Assembly: GCA_038888155.1 (NCBI GenBank)
Contig: JAWAJB010000003.1
Span: 96,001 to 160,000, forward strand
From: Desulfurococcaceae archaeon
Lineage (GTDB): Archaea > Thermoproteota > Thermoprotei_A > Sulfolobales > Desulfurococcaceae
Length of the DNA: 64,000 nt
Direction: 5' to 3'
A program made the translations under genes and the position numbers. The notes under the pieces were generated by a model that did no database searches, was not told the origin of the DNA, and worked only from the letters and a program-made list of their open reading frames with translations. Shown one piece after another: positions 30,339-39,537 of the stretch. Each line of letters opens with the position of its first letter. The first letter of the stretch is position 1.

Positions 30339-31841
30339 GTGAAGGAGAGAAAGATAGTATATGCGTTGATAATAGCGTTCGCCATTTCATTTGCGACCTC
30401 ATACTATTTAAGGATCCCGGAAGACAAGTTGGGAGTTGAAATAATAAATTATTGGAGAACAACTACGGGGAACGCTGGAGATATTAATGATCTAGCAAGT
30501 TTTATCAAGCAGGCAATTTCGCTAGGCGTGTTTTTAACAGTAATAATTCTCACTGTAATCTCAATGGAGTACCGGTACTATGGTACATTCCTTGGGATAT
30601 CGTTAATCACAATGCTTGGAACAGCGCCGCCCCAGAGCTTAATTAGCGGAGTTGAGTGGAACTTAATAATGTTTCTAATTGGAAGCATGACGCTTGCATT
30701 CATACTTAGGACTCTCGGGGTTTTCGAGTACATAGCTATAAGGATACTCGAGTTTTCAAAGGGCTCTGTGAAGAAGCTACTCTTCACTATTTTACTCTTT
30801 TCCTGGTTTCTAGCGATGATTGTCGATGAAGCCACAAGCATAGTCTACGTAACTCTTTTAATATTCGAGATAAAAAGGCTATCCCGCCACGACGTAATGC
30901 CGTTGGCCATTCTCTCGGTTTTAGCGACGAACATCGGAAGCATGGCTTTGCCAGTTGGAAACCCCATTGGCATTTACATCTCCTTTACAGCCCACCTCTC
31001 CGTTTCAGACTTCTTCCTTAGGGCCCTGCCTCTCTCACTATTACTACTGCTTATAACATTCGCTATTGTCTACTACCTGAACAAGAGCTACCTAAATGAC
31101 CTCGCGCTCAAGCTAGACCCCGAAAGAATCGAGAAGAGAATGGAGGCTTACTACTCAAATATTCGAGGAGAGGAGTTAGTGAAGGTCAAAATAGGACTGG
31201 CCCTCACTGTATTATTCCTCTTCACAATATCTCTAGCCGATTTCCTAGCCGAGGCTCTAACGAGGTTTTCGGGAAACGCTGTGGAAGCTCACTCCCTGCT
31301 ATCGTTCATACCTTACGCTTTCATATTGCTCGCTGGACTCCTATACGGGCCGCAGAGGCTTGAAAAAGCCATTATAAGGGGGGTCGAATGGGCATCCATA
31401 CTATTTTTCATATCCTTGTTCATGCTCGGCTTTTCGCTACTATACACTGGAATAGCCTCAAAGCTTGCGTACGTTACTATCAAGCTGAGCGACGTTGCTG
31501 GAAATAACTACGCGAGATTTCTAGTAGAAGTAATTCTAGTGTTCTCAGCCCTCTTGAGTAGCGCGCTTGACAACTTAAGCGTAATAGTGGCGCTAACTCC
31601 CATAGCTAAGACCGTTGAGGCAGTATTTTCCACGAAAAAAATCTACTGGAGCATGCTCTACGGTGGAGTTCTAGGCGGAAACTTCACCCCCGTTGGCTCC
31701 ACTGCAAACATAGTCGCAATAGGATTGCTAAGCAGAGAAAAGATTAGCGTGTCCTGGAGCAATTGGTTCAAAATTGCAGCAATTCCCACGCTGGTACAGG
31801 TCTTGATGGCTGCCTTCTGGCTTTACATGTTTCCCGCTTAA
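30339..31841 (+). CDS. ArsB/NhaD/CitMHS-type (ion transporter superfamily) permease
   Basis: Polytopic; ATNIGS...PVGNP, SSALDN, LGGNFTPVGSTAN. Confidence 0.88.
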   Translation: MKERKIVYALIIAFAISFATSYYLRIPEDKLGVEIINYWRTTTGNAGDINDLASFIKQAISLGVFLTVIILTVISMEYRYYGTFLGISLITMLGTAPPQSLISGVEWNLIMFLIGSMTLAFILRTLGVFEYIAIRILEFSKGSVKKLLFTILLFSWFLAMIVDEATSIVYVTLLIFEIKRLSRHDVMPLAILSVLATNIGSMALPVGNPIGIYISFTAHLSVSDFFLRALPLSLLLLLITFAIVYYLNKSYLNDLALKLDPERIEKRMEAYYSNIRGEELVKVKIGLALTVLFLFTISLADFLAEALTRFSGNAVEAHSLLSFIPYAFILLAGLLYGPQRLEKAIIRGVEWASILFFISLFMLGFSLLYTGIASKLAYVTIKLSDVAGNNYARFLVEVILVFSALLSSALDNLSVIVALTPIAKTVEAVFSTKKIYWSMLYGGVLGGNFTPVGSTANIVAIGLLSREKISVSWSNWFKIAAIPTLVQVLMAAFWLYMFPA

Positions 31842-32263
31842 TGCTTGCTAGACATCATTAAGCGTTTAGTTAGTTGCCGAAAGAGAGCTTAAGTTGATGT
31901 AAGTTTAGTGTAGCAGATGAAAGCGCGAGGACTGAAAATACAAAAAATTTGCGCCTAAGTCCCCCTGTAGTTGAGATTGTAGCCGCAAACGCCCTGCTGA
32001 AACGCATAGATAAACAAGGGGGAATGTTTAGAGGTAAAAACAACGGCAACACTTATCTACATTCTAGTTTCTCATTGGTAGAGCATATTGGCCCATATTG
32101 CAGGAAACCAAGGATCTACTCCTAGAACCCAGTTGAACTTCCTTTGAAGTAATGGCCGCCTGCAAATGAAAACATCGGGGGACTTAACAAAACCCCCAGC
32201 TCCTCGACCCGCAGCAAGTGCTTTACGCGTTATAGAGCAGATTAAACAGCTGTGCGCTCACTG

Positions 32264-32320
32264 CCGCAGGTTTGGCCTCGATCAGCATGAGTGGCTTCAG
32301 AGGCTATTACGTCATCACTC
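32264..32320 (-). ncRNA. Possible degenerate box C/D sRNA
   Basis: GTGATGA-11 nt-CTGA-8 nt-ATGCTGA-12 nt-CTGC just downstream of the thrC stop; terminal D box has a mismatch. Confidence 0.4.
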
Positions 32321-32325
32321 TAGCA

Positions 32326-33465
32326 CTAGTTACTAGATCCTCGTTGACCCTCACTTACGAACACTCTATAGAGCGTGGAATCCACGCCGCCCAAGTACTT
32401 TAACCCGCTACCCGTTAAGGGGATTAAGACCCTACCACTTAACTCCTTCCTCGCCAACTTAAACGCGGCATAAGCTGCAGCACTAGTTGGCTCTACGGCA
32501 AGCCCCATCCTATAGAGGTCTTTCAGCGCATCAACTATTAAATTATCGTTAACTACTACCGAGAAGCCGCCCGACTTCTTAATGGCCTCAGCTATGTATG
32601 GTAGCCTAGGGGCGTTAGTCAACCTTATTGCATCAGCTAACGATGTAGGGCCTGTGCAGTCAGCAGCTATAATCTCGCTTAAGTAGCGGCTTAGGGAGTC
32701 GTAACCGCATGCCTGAACGCCTACTAACTTAGGCACAGTTGATATAAGCCCTAGCTCGGCTAATTCGTTAAAGCCCTTCCAAGTACCTAGCAATAAAGTG
32801 CCGCTCGCTACTGGCGTCACCACGTAATCAACGTACTTTAATTCTTCGTACACCTCGTACGCTAGCGTTTTAGTGCCCTCGACGAAGTAGGGATTCCACG
32901 TATGCCCTATGTAGTACCCCTTATTGCTTAAATCGCTGAGCACTTTCCTCGAAGCTTCATCTCTGCTGCCAGCTCTGACAACCTCAGCTCCAAAAGACTT
33001 TATAAGCGAGTACTTGCCTACAGGAATATCGCTCGGCACGTATATGCGCGCCTTAATACCTGCGCAGGCAGCGTAAGCTGCTATTGAAATACCAGTATTA
33101 CCCGAAGAGTCTTCTAGGACTTCATCAACGCCTAGGTCAACAGCCTTAGAAACCGCTACAGCAGAGCCCCTATCCTTAAAACTGCCAGTAGGGTTTAGAT
33201 ACTCCAGCTTAAAGTAGAGGGAGTTGTTCTCCGAAGACTTAACTACCGTGGGAGTTAAACCTTCCCCCAAAGAGACATGGCGGTATATGTCCGGAAGAAG
33301 GTTTGAGTACCTGAAAACGCCTCTCACATTGCTATTAACAAGCCACTTAGAGCTCCTGAGATCTATTGAAACTTCCAGGACGCCCCCACAAGAGCATCTA
33401 AACAACCTGTAGTTTTCTCCATAAACCTTCCCGCACAGCTTACACTTAATTGAGTACTTAGCCAT
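32326..33465 (-). CDS. thrC: Threonine synthase-like PLP enzyme
   Basis: N-terminal CxxC...CxC, SLGEGLTP, LNPTGSFKDRG, EDSSGN.G, EPTSA, LTGSGLK. Confidence 0.88.
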   Translation of the reverse strand: MAKYSIKCKLCGKVYGENYRLFRCSCGGVLEVSIDLRSSKWLVNSNVRGVFRYSNLLPDIYRHVSLGEGLTPTVVKSSENNSLYFKLEYLNPTGSFKDRGSAVAVSKAVDLGVDEVLEDSSGNTGISIAAYAACAGIKARIYVPSDIPVGKYSLIKSFGAEVVRAGSRDEASRKVLSDLSNKGYYIGHTWNPYFVEGTKTLAYEVYEELKYVDYVVTPVASGTLLLGTWKGFNELAELGLISTVPKLVGVQACGYDSLSRYLSEIIAADCTGPTSLADAIRLTNAPRLPYIAEAIKKSGGFSVVVNDNLIVDALKDLYRMGLAVEPTSAAAYAAFKLARKELSGRVLIPLTGSGLKYLGGVDSTLYRVFVSEGQRGSSN

Positions 33466-34187
33466 TAGGGCTCCCACAGCTTATAAGAACGCTGAAATAA
33501 AAAAGCATAATTACAGTATTGATTACGGATGCAAACGTCAAATTAATCTCTTCAACCGAGTCCGCTCAACGTACACAACCCCGCTAACGCCGGTTTTACG
33601 AGCTCATCTCCATCAGCTATTAAATTCCGTATTCGCGGGTCAAAGCCCTTACATGTAGGCCGCCTTCATGGGAATTCCTTTAGGGGCGCCTGCTTCCTAT
33701 GCTTGAGCTGTCCCAAACCTCCTAGTTCTGCAGCCGCACTGCTCGAGCCTAGCTAGGTTGTTAGTAGATAATAATTCCTTGACAAGTGGATGTATTTCTG
33801 CTAGGCTACTCAGGCAACAAGCATAGCCTCGCCCGAAAGAGGTTGATAAACGCTGTCCGAGTTGCCTACGTGCGCTGAGGTTCCAAACCTAATGTAGTTT
33901 CTAGAATTCCTTGGGACAAGCTAAACAATAATATATCCAGAGAGGATACCTCACATCTGCATCAGGCTACACTACAGCAAGTCCAACCAAGGCAGCTCTT
34001 CTCTTTTCATACTTGGTTCTCGTCAGCCCCTTGAACCACCTAAGGCGTGAGGCCCTTGAAACCCCACCATAAACCCCTCAGAGTGAGCGGGCTCGTCTAT
34101 CATCCAAACTGGAGTTCAGTTATGATCAACAAGTTTAATAAGTGCGTAGCCTATTTACGCGTGAAGGATGTTGAAAGGATTAGTATC

Positions 34188-34649
34188 ATGAGAGTTATTG
34201 TGGTTTTCGAGACGAATTACGGTAACACGAGACGCGTGGCAGAGGAGATACGTGAGGGAATGAAGGAGGTTAGCGGGGTAGAGGTTGTCCTCAAGGAACT
34301 TAAGGAGGTAGACGTGAGGGATATCGCTAACTTTGACATGATCTTGATAGGCTCTCCAAACCACATGGGCGGTCCTACGAGAGGCATTAAAGCGTTCATC
34401 GATGAGCTCGGTAGGCTACGGCTGGAGGGAGTTATGTACGCTGCCTTTGACACGTACATGGGGGGAGATCGCGAGAAGGCTGTGAGGAAGATTGTCGAGC
34501 GAGTGAGCAAGAGAGCTCCATGGCTGAAGCAGGTGGCAGGTGGCTTATCCGTGAGGGTGCAGGGCCTGAGGGGACCTGTTGCGGAAGGCGAGCTCCCTAA
34601 ATGCAGGGAATTCGGGAGGAGCATAGCAGCCCAGCTTAAGAGAGGCTGA
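34188..34649 (+). CDS. Flavodoxin
   Basis: ETNYGNT FMN-phosphate loop, IGSPNH.G, AAFDTY; ATG at 34188. Confidence 0.88.
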   Translation: MRVIVVFETNYGNTRRVAEEIREGMKEVSGVEVVLKELKEVDVRDIANFDMILIGSPNHMGGPTRGIKAFIDELGRLRLEGVMYAAFDTYMGGDREKAVRKIVERVSKRAPWLKQVAGGLSVRVQGLRGPVAEGELPKCREFGRSIAAQLKRG

Positions 34650-34652
34650 TAA

Positions 34653-35045
34653 GTGATGGGCAGGAAGTTAAGGGGGTCGCGGAGAGTTGCTTTCATCAGC
34701 TCCCTATGGGTTGTCCAATCAGTTGGCAGGCTTTTCTTCGCCGCACTCGGCACGCCTACAGGAATGGGGCGGTTCCTAGACACTCCAGTATCGTCTACGG
34801 TCTCGTTTTTGCTCTTCACGATGTTCCTCTCTTTGGGGGTCTTAGGGCTCATCGCCGCTCTCGGGCTCCTAGCAAGGCGGAAATGGGGTCTTTGGCTCAC
34901 GATCATAGCCAGCGTAGCAACTATAGTCTTTGACGCGTGGGGGTTAACAATACAGCTCACAGCCGCCATTGGTCTCATCGTGCCGGTTATATCAATCCTA
35001 GTTCTCTACCCCAGGAGATCACAGCTATTCACTGCTGCAAGCTGA
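34653..35045 (+). CDS. Small membrane protein (~4 TM)
   Basis: Hydrophobic ORF immediately after the flavodoxin; G.....A.GL..RRKWG pattern. Confidence 0.7.
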   Translation: MMGRKLRGSRRVAFISSLWVVQSVGRLFFAALGTPTGMGRFLDTPVSSTVSFLLFTMFLSLGVLGLIAALGLLARRKWGLWLTIIASVATIVFDAWGLTIQLTAAIGLIVPVISILVLYPRRSQLFTAAS

Positions 35046-35417
35046 CTCCCTATCGCGCAGTCTAAGCCTCTATTGGTTTAAGCGAGCTCTTCTAGATCTA
35101 TAGTGGTAAGGGGAATCTACTTACTGGATATACTCAACGAGTTCAACGGCACCCGAAACAGCCCCGATCTTGAGTCGATCGATCGCCTTCGGCTTTCCAT
35201 AATCAACTACACCTCTCTCGCTATGGACTCTCCACATGAAGATTTTGCCAATGCTGAGGACCTCAGAGCCCTCTCTCCATCATTCTTGCTTTGCACCTAC
35301 TGGAGAACCCTTAGCCTATCACTATCATCACGGCTCAAGGGTTCAAAACTTCATGCAAATGCCTCGCTGTCCAGCCCACGGCATTAGCTCATAAATAATG
35401 GGCAAGCATAAGTGTAG

Positions 35418-35492
35418 CGGGCCCGCCGGGACTTGAACCCGGGACCTCCGGCTCCGAAGGCCGGCGCCCTGTCCTGGCTAGGCTACGGGCCC
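35418..35492 (-). tRNA. tRNA-Arg (anticodon TCG), intronless, CCA not encoded
   Basis: GGGCCCG acceptor stem, CCGGC-CT-TCG-GA-GCCGG anticodon arm, CCGGG-TTCAAGT-CCCGG T arm. Confidence 0.97.
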
Positions 35493-35529
35493 TCGCGGCT
35501 CTTGTGCGCCCGCTTGAAAAACCAAGGGC

Positions 35530-36129
35530 TTATGCAGTTTTAAACAGCAGCTCCTTGACGTTGTAGCCCTCTCTCGTGAACACAAGTAGGTCTACGCCAT
35601 CTCCTGTTAGCACATCTCTCTCTATTACAGTCTTAATAGCCTCTATAGCTACTTTCTCTGCTTCTTCAGGAGCAATATCCTCTCTGTACTTAGGCTCTAT
35701 GTAGCCTAGCGCTAGCTGTGAGCCAGAGCCCACGGCAACGTATCGCTCCTCTATTAAGCTTCCAGCGGGGTCGAGCACGTAGAGCGACGGGCCCTCGTCG
35801 TCGTAACCTCCCACTACTACCTCTGTGAACATTGGGAACAGCTTATAGCTGTAGAGCACTACTGAAAGCAACTTCGCGAGGCTCTTAGTTCTGATCTCCC
35901 TGTTGTGCTGCAGCTCGTACTGCTTTGCCTCAAACTTGAGCACCTTGACTAAGTAGCCAATATCGCCCATTAGCCCAGCGAACGCAACGCCGCACCTGCT
36001 TGTCACTGGGTAGACTTTTTTGGCCTGCTTACTTAGAACGAAGCCGTCATAGGTTACTCTCTTGTCGCTAGCTAGCACAACGCTGTTTTTCGTCTTTAAG
36101 CCAATAGCTGTACCGGGTATTAACGCCAT
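35530..36129 (-). CDS. psmB: Proteasome beta subunit (paralogue lacking the canonical TTT N-terminus)
   Basis: GTAIGLK..VVLASDKR, GGYD..GP.LY.LDP.GS, GSGS..A.G..E, ERD..TGDG. Confidence 0.93.
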   Translation of the reverse strand: MALIPGTAIGLKTKNSVVLASDKRVTYDGFVLSKQAKKVYPVTSRCGVAFAGLMGDIGYLVKVLKFEAKQYELQHNREIRTKSLAKLLSVVLYSYKLFPMFTEVVVGGYDDEGPSLYVLDPAGSLIEERYVAVGSGSQLALGYIEPKYREDIAPEEAEKVAIEAIKTVIERDVLTGDGVDLLVFTREGYNVKELLFKTA

Positions 36130-36273
36130 GGTATATCTCCTATTAGCTATAAGTCTACAGAGCTATTAAATCCAGATACGCCGCAGTGAAATACTTTCGG
36201 CAACCCCTCAGACTGCAGTTTAAAAAACACGCAGTATAAGAACAGGGTAGCCTAAGTTTATGCTGGTGATAGA

Positions 36274-36867
36274 GTGAAGTGCACCTGCTGCGGAGGCGCC
36301 CTAGTTTGGGACTACCGGAGCGGGGAGGTTGTGTGCAGTAAGTGCGGGGTAGTGCACGACAGGCTAACATCGCTTGAGGTAGCGGGCTTCAGGGAGTACC
36401 TGTACAAGGCCTCCGAGGAGAAACACAACAGGCCTCGTGGGACGCGCACCGCGAAGATAGTCTCCTCGGGGTACAAATACGCGGTCAGGCTCTACAGAGT
36501 AGGTAGCAGGTTAACTAAAGGCAGGCCTTGGCTCGAAGTAGACTACGAGAAGGTGTTCAGAAGCGGCAAGTTCGTGCACTCAATTAGGTCGAGGGCTTCG
36601 CTAAAGGCCGCTAAGAACATCGAGCTGGGTGGTTGCTGGGGAACAGTCAAGAGAGGGCTTGAGTACGTAGATTCTGTGAACCCAGCGTACCTAGCTAGGA
36701 GCGAGAGAGGCAAGTACGCGCTAGCCTACATAGTGGCCAGGAGACTTGAGACAGGGAGGATACCCAAGCAGGACGAAGTACTAGAGGTATTCAACATCAG
36801 CATTATGAGTTATAAGCGTTTATGCGCAATAGCTGAGAGGCTCGTTAGGGGATACCTAAGCGCGTGA
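36274..36867 (+). CDS. TFIIB-type zinc-ribbon protein
   Basis: CxxC..LVWDY.SGEVVC.KCG.V at N-terminus; C-terminal helical/HTH-like region; not a full TFB. Confidence 0.75.
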   Translation: MKCTCCGGALVWDYRSGEVVCSKCGVVHDRLTSLEVAGFREYLYKASEEKHNRPRGTRTAKIVSSGYKYAVRLYRVGSRLTKGRPWLEVDYEKVFRSGKFVHSIRSRASLKAAKNIELGGCWGTVKRGLEYVDSVNPAYLARSERGKYALAYIVARRLETGRIPKQDEVLEVFNISIMSYKRLCAIAERLVRGYLSA

Positions 36868-36953
36868 GCTAGTCGTTCGCGGCGCAGAGCTTTGATAATA
36901 AGAGTTAGTTAAGCTTATAGTAAGCAAGCGTTATTCCTAAATAGGTCTCAGAG

Positions 36954-37958
36954 ATGGCTTTCGCTAAATACTACATTAGAGATTACACTGAGCTATACGC
37001 CTATCTAAATGAGAGCCTAAAGAGAATAAAGCCCAGAGTAGGAGAGCCGCTTAACGAGCTCCTGAAGAGGAAGCTCGCTTTCTCCTACGAGGTTATTCTA
37101 AAGGAGCTGGAGCGGGTCTACGCAGTGCTAAGCGAGGTTAACTCCTCTGGTAGCTTTTACAGGGAGCTATTCAAAGCGTACGTAGGAGAAGATCCTCACG
37201 CATTAGCGCAACTCGTAAGGAGGAGGATCCAGCTAGCCAAGGAAGTGTACAGGGAGTTTGCAGGAGAGCTCAACGAGGTGAGCGGGACGAGGGGGAAGAA
37301 CTACGCTGAGCTGTTCAGGGGCAACATAGGTAGATTGCTATCGCTGTACAAGAGGATCAACAGGAAAGTCGTCCTCGTTAAAGTGTTCCTAAAAGAAGTA
37401 TCTAAGATGCCAGATGTGAGAGGAGATTACGTGGTGGTTATTGCGGGCCTCCCTCAGGTCGGGAAGTCAACTATCCTCTCAAAGCTAACATCAGCTAAGC
37501 CAGAGATTGGCACTTACCCGTTTACAACGAAAACCCTCATAGCGGGGCACATTTCAGTAGAGCCCTACGGGAGAATTGTGCTCATCGACTCCCCTGGCGT
37601 ACTAGACTCGCCAATTGAGGAGAAGAACATCATTGAGCGCAAAGCCGTACTAGCTGTCAAGCACCTAGCTGACCACATGCTGTACGTCTTCGCCGCAGAC
37701 AGAGCGTTTTACTACACGCTTGACGAGCAGGTCAAAGTTTACTACGCGCTTAGAGCAATTCTGGGGGACAAGCCAACTAGCGTCGTAGTCAACAAAGTTG
37801 ATACCGTTGATGAGATTTACCTACGGGAAGTTCTCAACGCAGTGAAAGGAGCTACCTCTACCTCTCCCATTCCAGTATCAGCTGTAACAGGGCTGAACCT
37901 AGATAAGTTGAGGGATGCGCTAATAGGATACTTTATGGGTAGAAGCCAACGCCGCTGA
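36954..37958 (+). CDS. NOG1-family GTPase
   Basis: GLPQVGKS, YPFTTK, DSPG.LD, NKVD, SA. Confidence 0.9.
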   Translation: MAFAKYYIRDYTELYAYLNESLKRIKPRVGEPLNELLKRKLAFSYEVILKELERVYAVLSEVNSSGSFYRELFKAYVGEDPHALAQLVRRRIQLAKEVYREFAGELNEVSGTRGKNYAELFRGNIGRLLSLYKRINRKVVLVKVFLKEVSKMPDVRGDYVVVIAGLPQVGKSTILSKLTSAKPEIGTYPFTTKTLIAGHISVEPYGRIVLIDSPGVLDSPIEEKNIIERKAVLAVKHLADHMLYVFAADRAFYYTLDEQVKVYYALRAILGDKPTSVVVNKVDTVDEIYLREVLNAVKGATSTSPIPVSAVTGLNLDKLRDALIGYFMGRSQRR

Positions 37959-39006
37959 CCGTTATTATTCCAGGCCTGTTGAGATCTCCGCTTACTTTTA
38001 CTGATGCCTCTGGGAAGAAAACCTTAAGCACCTCAATAGCTGTGAGCAAGTGCATCGTGATCTTCGCAACTCCAACTCTACTACTCCCCCTCGCCAAAAA
38101 CAAGTAGGGTATTAGCATGTCCCCCATGTGCCTGTCAAAGCTCATTCCCGTTTCGTAGTCCTCTATCAGACTTCTTGCCGCCTCTTCGCCTACTTTCTCA
38201 GCCGGTTTGCCCCTCTCGCCCACGGAGTCCCCAGCAACTCTAACCTTGTTATCTGTTTCAACGTAGATTAGTATACCGCTTCCAGGACCTAGGTGGGGGT
38301 CTCTATCCGGGGGATACGTCTCTAAGACAGCTCTTGGCTCAAGCCCAATTACCCTGCTCAACGCGCGTAGGGCAGAGTCCAATTGCCTCTTAGCTACGTG
38401 GTGAGGTAGCTTGACGCAGTGGCTTATTGCGCACAAATTAACTGGTTTGCCGCGAGATACTAAGTCAATTGGCTTGATAGGCCCCTCAACTGGAGCTACA
38501 TTTAGCTCTACTAATCCCCCTCCTCTAGGGTAGTGCCCGCGCCTGTGTAGCTTGATGTCTACGTTTATGCCTAAGTGCTTAATGTTGTAGCTAAAGACGT
38601 GTACCATGTAGTCTATGGGCGGGCTCATTGACACGTTTGTTCCTCCAGTTAAGGCGACCCTTGACTTGCAGTTGCTGTAGAGCAGAACAGGTAAAATGGC
38701 CTGTATTACCAGCGACGTGCTTCCAGCTGTTCCAATATCGAACTTAAAATCGCCGCACAGCCTCCTCTTTGGCTTAAATACAATTGACGTGCTTCCAACG
38801 CGGTTGTTCTCCACTTCTGCTTGAGTTAGCTCTGCGATTGCATTTACAGCTGTTAGGTGCTGAGGTCGGAGGCCTGGGTTGCTCCGCTTAACTCTAATGT
38901 TGTAGATCTCCACAGGTTTGAGGAGGAGAGCTGAAAGCGCTAAGGCATACCTAAGTACTTGTCCCCCTCCCTCCCCAATGCTACCATCTATTTTGACTGT
39001 GCTCAT
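37933..39006 (-). CDS. rtcA: RNA 3'-terminal phosphate cyclase
   Basis: IDGS.GEGGGQ.LR, PGLRPQH, GTAGS, RGHYPRGGG, DRHMGD. Confidence 0.96.
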   Translation of the reverse strand: MSTVKIDGSIGEGGGQVLRYALALSALLLKPVEIYNIRVKRSNPGLRPQHLTAVNAIAELTQAEVENNRVGSTSIVFKPKRRLCGDFKFDIGTAGSTSLVIQAILPVLLYSNCKSRVALTGGTNVSMSPPIDYMVHVFSYNIKHLGINVDIKLHRRGHYPRGGGLVELNVAPVEGPIKPIDLVSRGKPVNLCAISHCVKLPHHVAKRQLDSALRALSRVIGLEPRAVLETYPPDRDPHLGPGSGILIYVETDNKVRVAGDSVGERGKPAEKVGEEAARSLIEDYETGMSFDRHMGDMLIPYLFLARGSSRVGVAKITMHLLTAIEVLKVFFPEASVKVSGDLNRPGIITVSGVGFYP

Positions 39007-39517
39007 CTACGCACAGCCTCTTAACTCTGTCTACTCCCTTTACTTCATCGATGTACTCTGAGACCTCGGCTGGCACTAGGTCTCTCCACTCGTCGTTGCC
39101 CTCTAGCATTAATCTCCTGATCTGCGCCCCGTGATACCTCTCTGGCTCAAGCAACTTCACTCCCTTCGTCTTAAACCCAAGCCAACTAAACAAGTAAAGG
39201 ACTTGGGGGTTGCCTGAAGCTACTACCTCGACTTGGGGCGAGAGCGACAGCAAGTAAGATGACCACGCCAGCGGCATATTTATGTCCGGGACAGGGATTA
39301 CCCAAACTCTGCCTATGAGGTTGTTTCTAGCGATAACCCTGTACAGCATCTCCCAGCGCTCGCCGGCAGTAAATGGGTTTTTACACGTGTACCCTTCTTG
39401 CGCGCTACCTATAGCTACAACTACCTCGCTTACCTCTGAGAGGAGCTGGCTCAGCGCGCTTAAGTGTCCTTTGTGGAAAGGCTGAAATCTACCTGGGAAG
39501 AGCGCTCTCTTAAGCAA
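38981..39517 (-). CDS. Nicotinamide-mononucleotide adenylyltransferase
   Basis: GRFQPFHKGH, IGSAQ, NPFTAGER, W..LVP. Confidence 0.93.
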   Translation of the reverse strand: MLKRALFPGRFQPFHKGHLSALSQLLSEVSEVVVAIGSAQEGYTCKNPFTAGERWEMLYRVIARNNLIGRVWVIPVPDINMPLAWSSYLLSLSPQVEVVASGNPQVLYLFSWLGFKTKGVKLLEPERYHGAQIRRLMLEGNDEWRDLVPAEVSEYIDEVKGVDRVKRLCVDEHSQNRW

Positions 39518-39537
39518 ATTTAAACACCACCATTAAT

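Noticed and set aside
33960-34100. Possible transposase remnant (GPHALGG-like peptide on the minus strand)
   Set aside because: Too short; no terminal inverted repeats or DDE motif seen
35103-35387. 94-aa ORF, and a GTGATGA...CTGA C/D-like pattern on the opposite strand
   Set aside because: The ORF looks like the antisense of a decayed frame; the C/D spacing is too long and the internal boxes are poor
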